A DNA stretch of 64,000 nucleotides from Macrostomum lignano (taxonomy: Eukaryota). Each line of letters opens with the position of its first letter. The first letter of the stretch is position 1. Position numbers and translations under genes: made by a program. Positions 28,731 through 41,822 of this stretch are shown here, piece by piece. The notes below the pieces were generated by a model. The model saw only the letters and a program-made list of their open reading frames with translations. It did not search any database and had not been told where the DNA came from. Location of the stretch: the NCBI GenBank assembly GCA_002269645.1, contig NIVC01002257.1:62001-126000 (forward strand), in the 5' to 3' direction.

Positions 28731-29469
28731 TAGAAGCCTGAGCCCCTAGCCTGCCCGCGCTCTGCTAAAATTCGCAGTCTGTGACGCAATCAATATCTTC
28801 TAATATAGACAAGCGCGTGGCCCAGAAAGAATTCCCCTCATTGAGCGCTCATTTCGTGGAAAATTGGGCCATTGGGAATAGATTTTAGATAGACAGACGC
28901 GAGGGGGGACACCTACCCTCTTGAAAAATGAGGATTGAAACGATTTTGAAGCCATCTGCCTCATCCAGCAGTGCTCAATTGGGACCCCAACCCCCTGAGG
29001 CGCCATTGAGCAGCCCCGCCGCGGCGTCGGAATGAACAGTTGAAGTGGTCAGCCTCTCTGCCAGGGAACTTCGACTATCGGAATTCGGTGGGATGGGTTG
29101 GTGGGGCAGGGGTTACAGATATAGTTATTATTATTATTATAAATTGGGGGAAGCGAGACGAAAAATGCCACGAGCCTGCGGAGGAGGGACCTCCTGTCTG
29201 TCACACAGGCTCTGGCTGTGCTCAAAATTGTCCGCCTTATCAAGACGGCATCATCTATTTATGCAATGCCTCATCAGAAATGTCATTGTATTTCTCCCAA
29301 TGAGGGCTCTTCATCCCCCACAGCACTGCCTGTCAGTTGCAGCTGTGACTATTGCTTTTAACCTACTATTATGAAGCTTTGAGTCAGACTTTGACTTCAT
29401 CAGTTTGAGGAGCAGGTTGGCAATGCCTTTAAATTAGTCCTACTGAATTTTCTATAATGAGCTGTGAAA

Positions 29470-31304
29470 GATAGAGAAAGAGAGATGAGAAAGAGAGCTA
29501 GAAATGCGAAAGAGAGTGAGAGATGTGAGAGGTAGAGAGACGTGAAAGAGTAAGAGAGACGAGAGTGAGAAAGATGTGAAATAGAGATTGAGTGACATGT
29601 GAAAGAGAGGTAGAGAGATGTGAAAGAGAGGTAGAGAGATGTGAAAGAGAGGGGTAGAGAGATGTGAAAGAGAGAGAGAGAGATGTGAAAGAGTGAGAGA
29701 TGTGAGACAGATGTGAAAGAGAGCGAGATGTGAAAGAGAGGTAGAGAGATGTGAAAGAGAGGTAGAGAGATGTGAAAGAGAGGTAGAGAGATGTGAAAGA
29801 GAGGTAGAGAGATGTGAAAGAGAGGGGTAGAGAGATGTGAAAGAGAGAGAGAGAGAGATGTGAGACAGATGCGAAAGAGAGAGAGAGAGAGAGATGTGAA
29901 AGAGAGTGAGAGATGTGAAAGAGAGGTAGAGAGATGTGAAAGAGAGGTAGAGAGATGTGAAAGAGAGGTAGAGAGATGTGAAAGAGAGGTAGAGAGATGT
30001 GAAAGAGAGGTAGAGACGTGTGAAAGATAGGTAGAGAGATGTGAAAGAGAGAGAGAGAGAGATGTGAGACAGATGCGAAAGAGAGAGAGAGAGAGATGTG
30101 AAAGAGAGTGAGAGATGTGAGACAGATGTGAAAGAGAGCGAGATGTGAAAGAGAGGTAGAGAGATGTAAAAGAGAGGTAGAGAGATGTGAAAGAGAGGTA
30201 GAGAGATGTGAAAGAGAGGTAGAGAGATGTGAAAGAGAGGTAGATAGATGTGAAAGAGAGGTAGAGAGATGTGAAAGAGAGGGGTAGAGAGATGTGAAAG
30301 AGAGAGAGATGTGAGACAGATGCGAAAGAGAGAGAGAGAGAGAGAGATGTGAAAGAGAGAGAGATGTGAAAGAGAGTGAGAGATGTGAGACAGATGTGAA
30401 AGAGAGGTAGAGAGATGTGAAAGAGAGGTAGAGAGATGTGAAAGAGAGGTAGAGAGATGTGAAAGAGAGGTAGAGAGATGTGAAAGAGAGGTAGAAAGAT
30501 GTGAAAGAGAGGGAGGGAGATGTGAGAGAGAGAGAGATGTGAAAGAGAGGTAGAGAGATGTGAAAGAGAGGTAGAGAGATGTGAAAGAGAGGTAGAGAGA
30601 TGTGAAAGAGAGGTAGAGAGATGTGAAAGAGAGGTAGAGAGATGTGAAAGAGAGGTAGAAAGATGTGAAAGAGAGGTAGAGAGATGTGAAAGAGAGGGGT
30701 AGAGAGATGTGAAAGAGAGAGAGATGTGAGACAGATGCGAAAGAGAGAGAGAGAGAGAGAGAGATGTGAAAGAGAGAGAGAGATGTGAAAGAGAGTGAGA
30801 GATGTGAGACAGATGTGAAAGAGAGGTAGAGAGATGTGAAAGAGAGGTAGAGAGATGTGAAAGAGAGGTAGAGAGATGTGAAAGAGAGGTAGAGAGATGT
30901 GAAAGAGAGGTAGAAAGATGTGAAAGAGAGGGAGGGAGATGTGAGAGAGAGAGAGATGTGAAAGAGAGGTAGAGAGATGTGAAAGAGAGGTAGAGAGATG
31001 TGAAAGAGAGGTAGAGAGATGTGAAAGAGAGGTAGAGAGATGTGAAAGAGAGGTAGAGAGATGTGAAAGAGAGGTAGAAAGATGTGAAAGAGAGGGAGGG
31101 AGATGTGAGAGAGAGAGAGATGTGATAGAGAGGTAGAGAGATGTGAAAGAGAGGTAGAGAGATGTGAAAGAGAGGTAGAGAGATGTGAAAGAGAGGTAGA
31201 GAGATGTGAAAGAGAGGTAGAGAGATGTGAAAGAGAGGTAGATACGTGTGAAAGATAGGTAGAGAGATGTGAAAGAGAGAGAGAGAGAGATGTGAGACAG
31301 ATGC

Positions 31305-31348
<44 letters not shown>

Positions 31349-31905
31349 TGAAAGAGAGTGAGAGATGTGAGACAGATGTGAAAGAGAGCGAGATGTGAAA
31401 GAGAGGTAGAGAGATGTGAAAGAGAGGTAGAGAGATGTGAAAGAGAGGTAGAGAGATGTGAAAGAGAGGTAGAGAGATGTGAAAGAGAGGTAGAGAGATG
31501 TGAAAGAGAGGTAGAGAGATGTGAAAGAGAGGGGTAGAGAGATGTGAAAGAGAGAGAGATGTGAGACAGATGCGAAAGAGAGAGAGAGAGAGAGAGATGT
31601 GAAAGAGAGAGAGATGTGAAAGAGAGTGAGAGATGTGAGACAGATGTGAAAAAGAGGTAGAGAGATGTGAAAGAGAGGTAGAGAGATGTGAAAGAGAGTG
31701 AGAGAGATGTGAAAGAGAGGTAGAGAGATGTGAAAGAGAGGTAGAAAGATGTGAAAGAGAGGGAGGGAGATGTGAGAGAGAGAGAGATGTGAAAGAGAGG
31801 TAGAGAGATGTGAAAGAGAGGTAGAGAGATGTGAAAGAGAGGTAGAGAGATGTGAAAGAGAGGTAGAGAGATGTGAAAGAGAGGTAGAGAGATGTGAGAG
31901 TGAGT
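29470..31905. repeat. 2.4-kb compound satellite based on a 21-bp unit (gagagatgtgaaagagaggta) with (GA)n insertions and higher-order blocks
   Basis: Direct reading; spurious ORFs 29400-31958 and 29498-32320. Confidence 0.97.
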
Positions 31906-32145
31906 GAATCAATTGAATTGAATTTTGAGCCTGAATGAAACCATATAAAACTGTGCAAGTTGTATTTCGAAATTCCCCAATAGAATTTATCGGGTTTAAG
32001 AAGTTGCGCAACACACAGTGAATAAATCTAACACCCAACCGATGGACCGTCACCTTCAAGATGGCTAATAAATGAACAATCCCAACTGCAAGATGAGAAT
32101 TATAATCTTCTGCGATAGTGGTGCAGTTGCCATGGGGGTAGTCAT

Positions 32146-35100
32146 TAGGGGTGTTCGGGGTTCGGGGTCGGGTCGGGTTTCGGGTCGGGTTTTGGTACCG
32201 GGTTCGGGGTTCGGGGTAGGTGTTCCGGGTCGGGTTCGGGGTTCGGGGTAGGGGTACCGGGTTCGGGGTTCGGGTCGGGTTTGGCCACCGGGTTTTCGGG
32301 GTTTTCGGGGTTTTGAACAATTATCATTCTCAAGAGTATTTTCAAGCACTTTTTACTCCTTATGCAAAATCCACAATGCGAAAGATATGCATTGAGTTTC
32401 AGGTACAACTTAAGTTATATTTTACATACAATTTGAAACGGAAATAGCAGATAGAACCATGGATTCATTTACACTTTCTGGTAAATAACGATTGTCGTTT
32501 TTCGACCCATTCAGTCTTGCAGTTGATGATTTAAAAAATTACGTTCAGTAATAATTTTACATGTGCTACGTGTAACATGGTCTGAACTTCTGGATTGGAT
32601 GAGGTCGAGGAAGCTTAAAATTTATAAATACACTATTATTCTCCACGCATAAGTCGCCAATAATCAATTATCACAATGATTACCTACTCATATCAGCATA
32701 CAATTTTATGTAAAGACGTCACTTTAGTTTTTGCATAGCAATTCTGTTATACCACTACTGACTTACTGTTAACTATAATCAAAAGTAAAAATAAATATAT
32801 ATTTGTGATTAACTCTCCTGTTTCATTGTATCATTGTTTTATCTGTGCTATCTCTTTATCGCTCTAGTTCTATCTCTACTGATATCTACACTACAGGGTA
32901 TAATCTAATTTTATTGTACTCTATTTTTGCAGCTTAAATAGGCCTAAACTCATAGATGTAATATTACTATGAAAGCAATTTCGTTGTAAGTATAGGTACG
33001 AAATGGTCCTGATTTTAGCTGTGAACTTTCATGTATCTTACTATTAGATCTTGGGTCTTGGTATTCCTTCCATCTCAATCCCAATCCCATTCCCATTGCA
33101 AGAAGTGTTTCATATTTCTTTTCCTAGTTGTAGAGTAGCTAAGGGAAATTAAACCACAAGGCTAAGTTGTTGAAGCTGTTAAGGCACATCTCAATATATA
33201 AAACTGAACCTCCTCTGTGGCTGCATGTGTTTCTATCTACAAGCAAAGTTTCTATTGGCCTATAATCTGTTTCTTATTGGTAGTTAGTTATATATACATA
33301 TAAAATTATAGAAATGAGAAGCAAGTAATAAGTATGAAGGCATGAAGCATTTAATTTGATAGCATAAATAAGCAGTGAACTTTTGTTGTTTACTAGCAAC
33401 TAGGTAATAATTAATGAATAGAAGGGTTCATAATGGTATTATATATATGGATCAGTTTACAAGTGTATATGCCTATATATTATTGTCAGTGTCACTTGGT
33501 AATTATAATGGGCAATGTATAGTACTAAACCAGTTGACATTTCCACACAAGTGTCAAGCCATGTTATTTTATTTTGAATGCAAATAACTTTTAAGGTATT
33601 TTTTATGACTGGAATAAAACCACTCTTGTGTTTTAGAAAATATTCTAATGATTCCAATTCATAAATATTTATTTTGCTTTCTATTGAAATGAGGACATGA
33701 AGAGCAAAAAGACTGCACTGATTTAAATTTTGAATAAAGTAACAACCTTTATGTAATTTTATTGCTAAACATTTACTATAACAGATGCAAAAAGATAATT
33801 ACTTCTCCATTGAAGTGACACTAGTATTTTTCATGATATTATGTAAGCAGTCTTTCTCAATCCCATATACTTCAAACGTTATTTACATTAATGTTGAAAA
33901 ATGTGGTTAGACCCCTTACGCAGAAATACCCAGTTAGCAATTGATTTCAATCACTGTACCATTACCTACCTAACCAATTCTCATTCCAGCTATTCAACCA
34001 GGTGGCACTGAAGCATGAAGTCCAGAGTTTGGAAGTATTTTGAACAGTCTGCAGATAAAAAAAATGCTATGTGTAAGGAGTGCAATGCGCACCTCAAACT
34101 TCAAAAGGATGGATCTACAAAAGCATTGCTAAATCACCTACGAAACCAACATAAGCTTCTCTGTTCCGAATCTGAGAGCAGGTCAAGTACATCCGCACCT
34201 GCACAGGTGCCTACTGCCAATGATCCTGAAGGAAGCAGTACTGTGCGAGAACAATCTACTGTGCCAGTGCCACTAAAGCAAATGAGAATCACAGGTAGTT
34301 TTGCGCCTGTAGCAGTGAGTCCTACTTCCCAGGCCTCATCTTCTAAGGTTAAGCCATCACTTTCAAGTGCGTTAGTGTCCAGGCTCGATGAGGCTGCCAT
34401 TAAAGCCATAATTCAAGATGGCCGTTCATTTGGTGACTTCCGCAAGAAAGGAATGCAAGGGTTCTTGCAAGCAATTCTGCCAGGCTATATGGGACCCAGA
34501 CGTCAGAAAGTTACTGACCGAGTTGACTCGCTGTTTGAGGAGAAAGTGGCTATGCTGAAAGTTCGTCTGGAGGCACCAACTGTCGTCAACTTTACAACTG
34601 ACTTATGGACAGACAGAACGAACATGGCCTACATGATAATAACGTGTCACTTTGCCAATGAAAGCTTCCAAGTTGAAAGCACTACACTCGATTTCATTCA
34701 CTTCACCGAGCGCCACACAGCCGAAGCTATAGCACATGCGTTTGTCCAGTGCCTTCAGAAGTATGGGCTCTACGATAAGTTCGGAAAGTGCACCACGGAC
34801 CAGGGTAGTAACATTGTTCGTGCTGGAAAAATCTGCGATCGCATGCAACGACTGAGCTGCCTTGGGCATATTCTGCATCTGGTGGTGTGCCACGGCTCCG
34901 GGCTCTGGGAAGCAACTGACTCAAGCGCTGATGGTGTGAATGGCGACAGCAGCACAGAATGCAATGAAAGTGAAGACGAAGACGATTGCACTGAGTGGGC
35001 AGAAGAATTCAGAACACTTCCACTTTCATCGGAGGGCACCAAAAAGATTGCCAGCGCCATAACAAAAATCCGCAGGACAGCAAAGTTATTCAGGCGGTCC

Positions 35101-37154
35101 ACCAGGGCTGCAGATGCATTTCGTCGGGACGCAGAAGCAGATACCTTGCTACCGCTGGATGTGAAGACCCGGTGGAGTTCGACTTACAGCATGCTTCGCG
35201 TCTATCTACAGCGCTACCCTGATGTGGACAGAACACTTTGCCAGCTCATCCAGGACGCGACCAGCGATGCCGAAATCAAGCAACTGCGAAGCGTTTTTCT
35301 TCGCCAGGAGGAGAAAGAGGTCGCGGGTACACTTCTAGCCATTCTGAGACAATTCGCAGACGCCACAGAGATGCTATCTGGACAAAATTATCCAACGGCT
35401 AACATTGCCTACATTGTTCTTTACGGTTTGCGGCAGTTTCTCTCTGCGGAGGATGTCAATGACACTGATCGATTCCTGCGAAGGCGGCTACTGGAGCAGT
35501 TAAATAAGTATACATTTGAGTCCACAACATTCAACATTCTATTCTACAAGACCGCCGCATTCTTGGACAACACAATTATTGCTTCTCCCCACCTTAACTT
35601 GGGCGACATGCTAGACGTGCAAAATCACCTTAAGAATGAGGTTGCCTGGAGCATCGAGCAGGAGACTGAGGGGAGTGCCATCCAAGAGGCTACCTCCAAT
35701 TCCGGTGCGGGCGCTTCTTCGACAGATGAGGACGATTGTAGCAGTACTGTCTCGGCTGTTAACGAGGGATCAAAGTTTTTGAAATTCTGCCAATCGTCTG
35801 GCATAACAACGCGCGAGAGCAACTTTAATGCAATCAGGTCCAGTGCTCGGGGAGACACCACGAAGAAAGAAGCCCGGCGCAAGGCAGCAGATCAGCTTTC
35901 GCTATACCGTAGCCTGGCGCAGCAGAGTTTTAGGCTAAGCACGAGCGACTTCTGGAGCCAAAATTCTGCCAACCTTCCAGAGCTGGCCGAGCTAGCCAAG
36001 CTCTACCTCTCAGCTCCGGCGACTTCAGTACCATCTGAGTGTGCCTTCAGCGCAGCCGGATTTCTGAAGCGCAAGGAACGCTGCAGCTTGTCGAGTGCGA
36101 GTCTTGAGAAACTCATGTTTTTGCGAGATAAGTTTGATTAACAATATGACTTAAAGACATGAGTGGCTTATCAATTTTGATCACGAGTTAGTAGTACTAG
36201 TACTATAACTACTTTGGGTCGTGTGGGATAGAGGGTGCAAAAGCTGAACTTGCTGAACTGTCATGGCTTAAAATACAGTGTATTTATTATACAGTAGAAA
36301 GTTAATTCTCAGTAGCACGTCTGGGAGGTAAGGGCCATAAATCAATGCTCACACGTCCATAAGTGTACATAAAATTTATGGCCAACTGTCTGAAGGAAAT
36401 TTGCCTGCTAATGCCCAAACTATTATCGATACTACCCAATTGGCGGCTGGCCTTTGATGTCGCGCACGCGTTTCAGTTTGCCTGGAGTAATTAATTTATC
36501 ATTCAATGTACATTTGCCAAAACATGGGTGTACGTAATTTTTTTGGATTGGACAGAGTGTACTCGTTGTTCTCTTTTACATCTTATGCTTTTACCATTAC
36601 TGAATTAGTAGCTGTAGCCGGTAGTCCGAACTTGAAAGTGATGTGTTACCGTGTAGAGGCAGTAGAGTGCACAATGCTTTTTCGTATGTTGCTACGCCTG
36701 ATGCGAACTTGCAACCTGAAAAATATAGCTTTTCATGCGCCATTTTCTGCACTTGCCTTTCACTTTCTATGTTTGTAGACTTGTAATATTACTATTATTA
36801 TTCATTTACTTTGTCTATGACCCCAGTATGTAGAGTACTATCTAGCATCTACTGAAAATATATGACAAAGGACCGAACGTCGCGCCCAAAAGGCTTACAA
36901 TTGAAGTGAAGTACAATACAAATGAATACTGTACCTTTATCGGTGGAAAAAGTTTATTAATTTATTAAAATGATTGACCAAAATAAGCGTGAAAATGTTC
37001 GGGGTTACGTTCGGGGTCGGGTCGGGTTTTGGTACCGGGTTCGGGGTTCGGGGTTGGAAGAAATGTTCGGGACGGGGTTCGGGGTTCGGGGTAGGGGTAC
37101 CGGGTTCGGGGTAAACCCCGAACCCCGAAAAAATGGCCGACCCGAACACCCCTA
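32146..37154 (+). mobile_element. Full-length hAT DNA transposon (5009 bp)
   Basis: 14-bp TIRs TAGGGGTGTTCGGG (32146-32159 / 37141-37154); perfect 8-bp TSD GTAGTCAT (32138-32145 and 37155-37162); GGTTCGGG subterminal repeats at both ends; intact transposase. Confidence 0.97.
34015..36141 (+). CDS. hAT transposase, 708 aa (BED finger, DDE core, hATC dimerisation domain)
   Basis: WKYF..CKEC..HLRNQH; TTDLWTD; TTDQGSNIV; CLGHILHLVV; DVKTRWSSTYSML; PATSVPSECAFS; uninterrupted ORF. Confidence 0.97.
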   Translation: MKSRVWKYFEQSADKKNAMCKECNAHLKLQKDGSTKALLNHLRNQHKLLCSESESRSSTSAPAQVPTANDPEGSSTVREQSTVPVPLKQMRITGSFAPVAVSPTSQASSSKVKPSLSSALVSRLDEAAIKAIIQDGRSFGDFRKKGMQGFLQAILPGYMGPRRQKVTDRVDSLFEEKVAMLKVRLEAPTVVNFTTDLWTDRTNMAYMIITCHFANESFQVESTTLDFIHFTERHTAEAIAHAFVQCLQKYGLYDKFGKCTTDQGSNIVRAGKICDRMQRLSCLGHILHLVVCHGSGLWEATDSSADGVNGDSSTECNESEDEDDCTEWAEEFRTLPLSSEGTKKIASAITKIRRTAKLFRRSTRAADAFRRDAEADTLLPLDVKTRWSSTYSMLRVYLQRYPDVDRTLCQLIQDATSDAEIKQLRSVFLRQEEKEVAGTLLAILRQFADATEMLSGQNYPTANIAYIVLYGLRQFLSAEDVNDTDRFLRRRLLEQLNKYTFESTTFNILFYKTAAFLDNTIIASPHLNLGDMLDVQNHLKNEVAWSIEQETEGSAIQEATSNSGAGASSTDEDDCSSTVSAVNEGSKFLKFCQSSGITTRESNFNAIRSSARGDTTKKEARRKAADQLSLYRSLAQQSFRLSTSDFWSQNSANLPELAELAKLYLSAPATSVPSECAFSAAGFLKRKERCSLSSASLEKLMFLRDKFD

Positions 37155-37664
37155 GTAGTCATGCTCCCCCATTCAGGTGCGAAGAACACGCACACATGTT
37201 CTCACTTACACGGCTTTGCCTCTGTATACTCAGAACAGAAACCAAGCAGTGTGAAACTGGTGTTGTCAAGGTGTGTAGATAGGGTGTAATTAGGCCTTGC
37301 TGTCAACTTAGAGAAGTGTATGGGGGGGGGGGGTAGGTTAACAGTTAAAGTGAAGAAGTCAGAGTCAAAGTGATCATAAGAGCGGATTGCGTCATTAAGG
37401 GGGCCACCAGCTTCGATGCAGGAAGTCAAGCAGCGACATCAAATAGTTGCTAGGCGCAGTGTAGGTCGAGTTCCTTATGGTTTTAAGTGTCTGGAATTTT
37501 TACTCTCAGTGATTTTCTATTATGGAGAATATTTATTGAATATATGGGTGACTTTGCTTAGAAGTCTCAAGGAGATTCCTATTCAAGACGATTCTCACGG
37601 GAGATTTCTATTAAAGACGATTCTCTCAGGTGAGATTCATATTCATGATGATTCTCTTCTCTCA

Positions 37665-38300
37665 GGTAAGATTCCTATTCAATATGTTTATCTCAGGTGA
37701 GATTCCTATTCAAGATGTTTATCTCAGATGAGATTTCTATTCAATATGTTTATCTCAGGTGAGATTTCTATTCAATATGTTTATCTCAGGTGAGATTTCT
37801 ATTCAAGATGTTTATCTCAGGTGAGATTCCTATTCAAGATGTCTATCTCAGGTGAGATTCCTATTCAAAATGATTATCTCAGGTGAGATTTCTATTCAAT
37901 ATGTTTATCTCAGGTGAGATTTCTATTCAATATGTTTATCTCAGGTGAGATTTCTATTCAATATGTTTATCTCAGGTGAGATTTCTATTCAATATGTTTA
38001 TCTCAGGTGAGATTTCTATTCAATATCTTTATCTCAAGTGAGATTTCTATTCAATATGATTATCTCAGGTGAGATTTCTATTCAATATGTTTATCTCAGG
38101 TGAGATTTCTATTCAATATGTTTATCTCAGGTGAGATTTCTATTCAATATGTTTATCTCAGGTGAGATTTCTATTCAATATCTTTATCTCAAGTGAGATT
38201 TCTATTCAATATGATTATCTCATGTGAGATTTCTATTCAATATGTTTATCTCAGGTGAGATTTCTATTCAATATGTTTATCTCAGGTGAGATTTCTATTT
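37665..38300. repeat. 31-bp minisatellite (atctcaggtgagatttctattcaatatgttt), about 20 copies
   Basis: Direct reading. Confidence 0.95.
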
Positions 38301-38721
38301 CAAGATGGTTCTTCAAGTTGACGCCTTTTTTTATAGTTCAAAGGGTAATACATGTATTGCCTCAGAAAAAAATAATCAAATTCGTATACATAGAATTTAG
38401 AAACATAAGCTTCGCATATATAAACTTCAGTCAAATTTACTATAGAAAGCTAAAAAAGGTGCGAAAAATGAGGTGGACTGTGCAGGATAGAAGAATTCCC
38501 CTGATAATTATGATCTTTCCTTATTTTTTCATGTCATCGTGTTAGCGCATTGGGGTTGGGGTGAGAGACGTGGCTGTGTTTCTTAATTCTTACACTCTGC
38601 ATTGCAAGCCTCTGCAACAATTTTCAGATTTATATCAGTAGCTAATATATTTGCTGCTCAGTTTTCTGTTGGGATACTTCAATCTATTTAATCCTTTGCT
38701 ATTTTCTGGCGTTTTTTGTGG

Positions 38722-39240
38722 CGCTAATTTTTGGCGCCAATCCTGAGGCTATTTGTGGCGCCAGTTCTGAGGCTATTTGAGGTTGCAGCGCCAATCCTGA
38801 GGCTATTTGTGGCGCCAATTCTGAGACTATTTGTGGCGCCGATCCTGAGTCTTTTTGTCGCGCCAATCCTGAGTCTTTTTATGGTTATGGCGCCAATCCT
38901 GAGTCTTTTTGTCGCGCCAATCCTGAGTCTATTTGTGGCACTAATTCTAAGGCTATTTGTGACGCCAATCTTGAGGCTATTTGTGGCGCCGATCCTGAGG
39001 CTATTTGTGGTGCCAATCTTGAGGCTATTTGTGGCGCCGATCCTGAGGCTATTTGTGGCGCCGATCCTGAGGCTATTTGTGGCGCCGATCCTGAGGCTAT
39101 TTGTGGCGCCGATCCTGAGGCTATTTGTGGCGCCGATCCTGAGGCTATTTGTGGCGCCGATCCTGAGGCTATTTGTGGCGCCGATCCTGAGGCTATTTGT
39201 GGCGCCGATCCTGAGGCTATTTGCAGCCTGAGGCGATCCT
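38722..39240. repeat. 24-bp minisatellite (gcgccgatcctgaggctatttgtg), about 21 copies
   Basis: Direct reading. Confidence 0.95.
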
Positions 39241-41211
39241 GAGGCAAAGCTTTTATAAAACACTATAGGGTTTTTAAGGCCAATTACTTGAGAGATAAAG
39301 AGTGTTCACACAAAAGTCGAGCTTACTGCCTTACTTCAGTCCACTATTTAAAGTTAACATTACTAAATTTAACCGAATTTTGCAGCCTGTCTATTATTTA
39401 TCTACCGCTTTATTTAATTTGGTCCGCGCTTGCAGATAAGAAGCCGACAATATAGGCTGCCGCCTAGACATAAAGGTATATATTATTAGTAAATACCACT
39501 ACTATACCGGTATTAATATCCCCTGACTATATTCCCCACGTGCGAGCGCCTCTGCCACCTCCACGATATCAAAGGAATATTCGAGCTCGTGGGGGGAGAG
39601 GGGGATGGCAGATTGCAATGATGGCTATCTATATACGAGAGCTATAGTTCTGAATTTTTTCTCAACAAAAGGGGCTTTGAAGTGGAATTATTCGTAGTGT
39701 TTATTCCGTGCCATATTTTTCCCGAGCCACCACGTGCAGGGATTGAAGCTCCCGGAAGCGGTATTAATAGGGAATAAGGGAGGGAGGGAGGGAGGTTCGC
39801 AATCTCAGCGGGTGGCACATTGGTGGAGATGGTCTCCCAGAGCCGAGGATAAGAGCTGGCTGGCTCAAAAGATTGGGACTTTTTGAGCTTCCCTTGGAGT
39901 TGAGCCAAGGACTCCCAGAGCCAAAACTCGGATTGGTAAAATAGATGCCACAATGACCTTGACCGATTTAGTCAACATAGTTTTTGTTTCACTTTGTGCT
40001 CAACATTCAGTTCTATCGAATGTCAAGTCTCTTGACATTGTCCCACAACCATTGTCAAAGCAATTCTGCCCATTCATTCCGCTGGCTCCTGAGCTCCTAA
40101 TCTCCTGTGACCTACAGTTGGAGCTTTTCAACTCCAGATTCTAGCTGTAAAACTCCTTGGTTCAGCATATCGAAGGGCAATAAATGTAGGGGAGATTCGA
40201 CAGATGCAAAAAATGTCATCGGATTGTAACCGGGAGAGGAGCTCTCCAGTTTGCCTCGCGGGGGGGGGGGGGTCTGGGAGCGCGACACCCGGTGGCTGCG
40301 TGTGCTCGACGCTTGAGACCTCCGAGTCCCCATCTTCAGTGCGCAGTCATGCGATGCTGGGAATGCATGGAGTCCTTGGCATTATTGCATAAAGTTTAAC
40401 TCACCCAGCTGGCAAACCTTTATAAACAGTTTCGTGTTTCAACGGTCTTGGGCTGGTGCAACTAATTGAAAGATGACCAATAATCAAAGTGGCTCTGGCT
40501 AACCCCGATTGAGAAAGGAATTTAGAAAAGCATTTCAATTATTCTTCGATGGTAGCGTGGCTAGTTATAATAGTTATTTTCTAGTTTTAGTTGCTAGGCT
40601 CGGGGCCAACGGCGTGTGTGGGGGGTGTAGGGGAGCGGGGGCTCACACCTGCCTCTGCGGGTGGGTAATTTTCCCAAGAGATATTTATAGAATCCAGCTT
40701 CCGATCCAAAGGCGACACGCGACCAATTTGGAGCTAATAAGTTATGCTTATATTTTTTGCTGTGTATGCAATGTACGTTATTATTTTTGATGTAGCGTTA
40801 TACATACATTGCAGAATCTTTTAAAATTGTTGATGGAGTGTTTTTTTCGGAGAACACGTGGCCGCTGCGCGGAAGCTTCCGGTTATTCAATTGCAGTGGG
40901 ACACACAGCTCTGGTTTGCAACTGTGCTTGACAGCTGTCAGATGCCCTGCGTGTACTGGAAACGCTTTATTTTCACTGTAGTTTTGACATTTTTGCGAAG
41001 GGAACGCAAAATAAAAGAAATTATCAATGTGTGACATAAAAGATCAGCCAAAACAGCGACAAAATCATCCACAAAAAATCAACCACAACAATAACAACCT
41101 CATCATCATCAACAGCAACAACAATAACAACAGCCTCATTATCAAGAAAACAACAACAAAATCAACAACAACAACAACAACAACAACGACAACGACAACA
41201 ACAACAACAAC

Positions 41212-41410
41212 AGGCATCGCTGAAGGAGGGCCATGCCGGCTATGCAATCAACCGACTGAGCAGTTCCATATTCTCCACTGCCCTAAGCTCGAACTTACTA
41301 GACGCACCATCGGCGTCACTAGCATTGGTGACCTTGCACGAGGAGAAGTGGTGGCGCAGCTCCTGGGGGCCATCGACTGGCGGCCCCTTTGAGCTCATCT
41401 CCGCAAACAA
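41212..41410 (+). mobile_element. 5'-truncated non-LTR retrotransposon 3' end (CCHC knuckle GPCRLCNQPTEQFHILHCPKL...WRPL*) followed by an (AAC)n tail
   Basis: The C-x2-C...H-I-L-x-C-P motif is typical of LINE ORF2 C-termini; stop at 41390-41392, then about 15 nt, then (AAC)n. Confidence 0.7.
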
Positions 41411-41822
41411 CAACAACAACAACAACAGCAACAACAACAACAACAAAATCAACAACAACAACAACAACGACAACGACAACGACAACAACAACAACAACAG
41501 CCTCAACAACAACAACAACAAAAACAGCAAAAACAGCAAAAACAGTCTCAACAACAACAGCATCAACAACAACAACAACAACAACAACAACAGCAACAAC
41601 AGTCTCAACAACAACAGCATCAACAATAACAACAACAACAACAACAACAACAGCATCAACAACAACAACAACAACAACAACAGCAACAACAGTCTCAACA
41701 ACAACAGCATCAACAATAACAACAACAACAACAACAACAACAGCAGCATCAACAACAACAACAATGACAACAACAACAACAACGACAACAACAGCAACAA
41801 CAGAAACAACAACAACAACAAG
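41405..41822. repeat. (AAC)n microsatellite, with a further (AAC)-rich tract at 41085-41212
   Basis: Direct reading. Confidence 0.97.

Noticed and set aside
27200-29375. Scattered exon-like bits (27617-27730 and 28433-28520 on minus; KCHEPAEEGP at ~29163 recalling Kunitz)
   Set aside because: Cys spacing does not fit Kunitz, and no gene model could be assembled.
32070-37175. Rejoining the hAT empty site gives minus-strand MGEHDYPHGNCTTIAEDYNSHLAVGIVHLLAILK|gtgacg
   Set aside because: No in-phase downstream exon found; could be chance.
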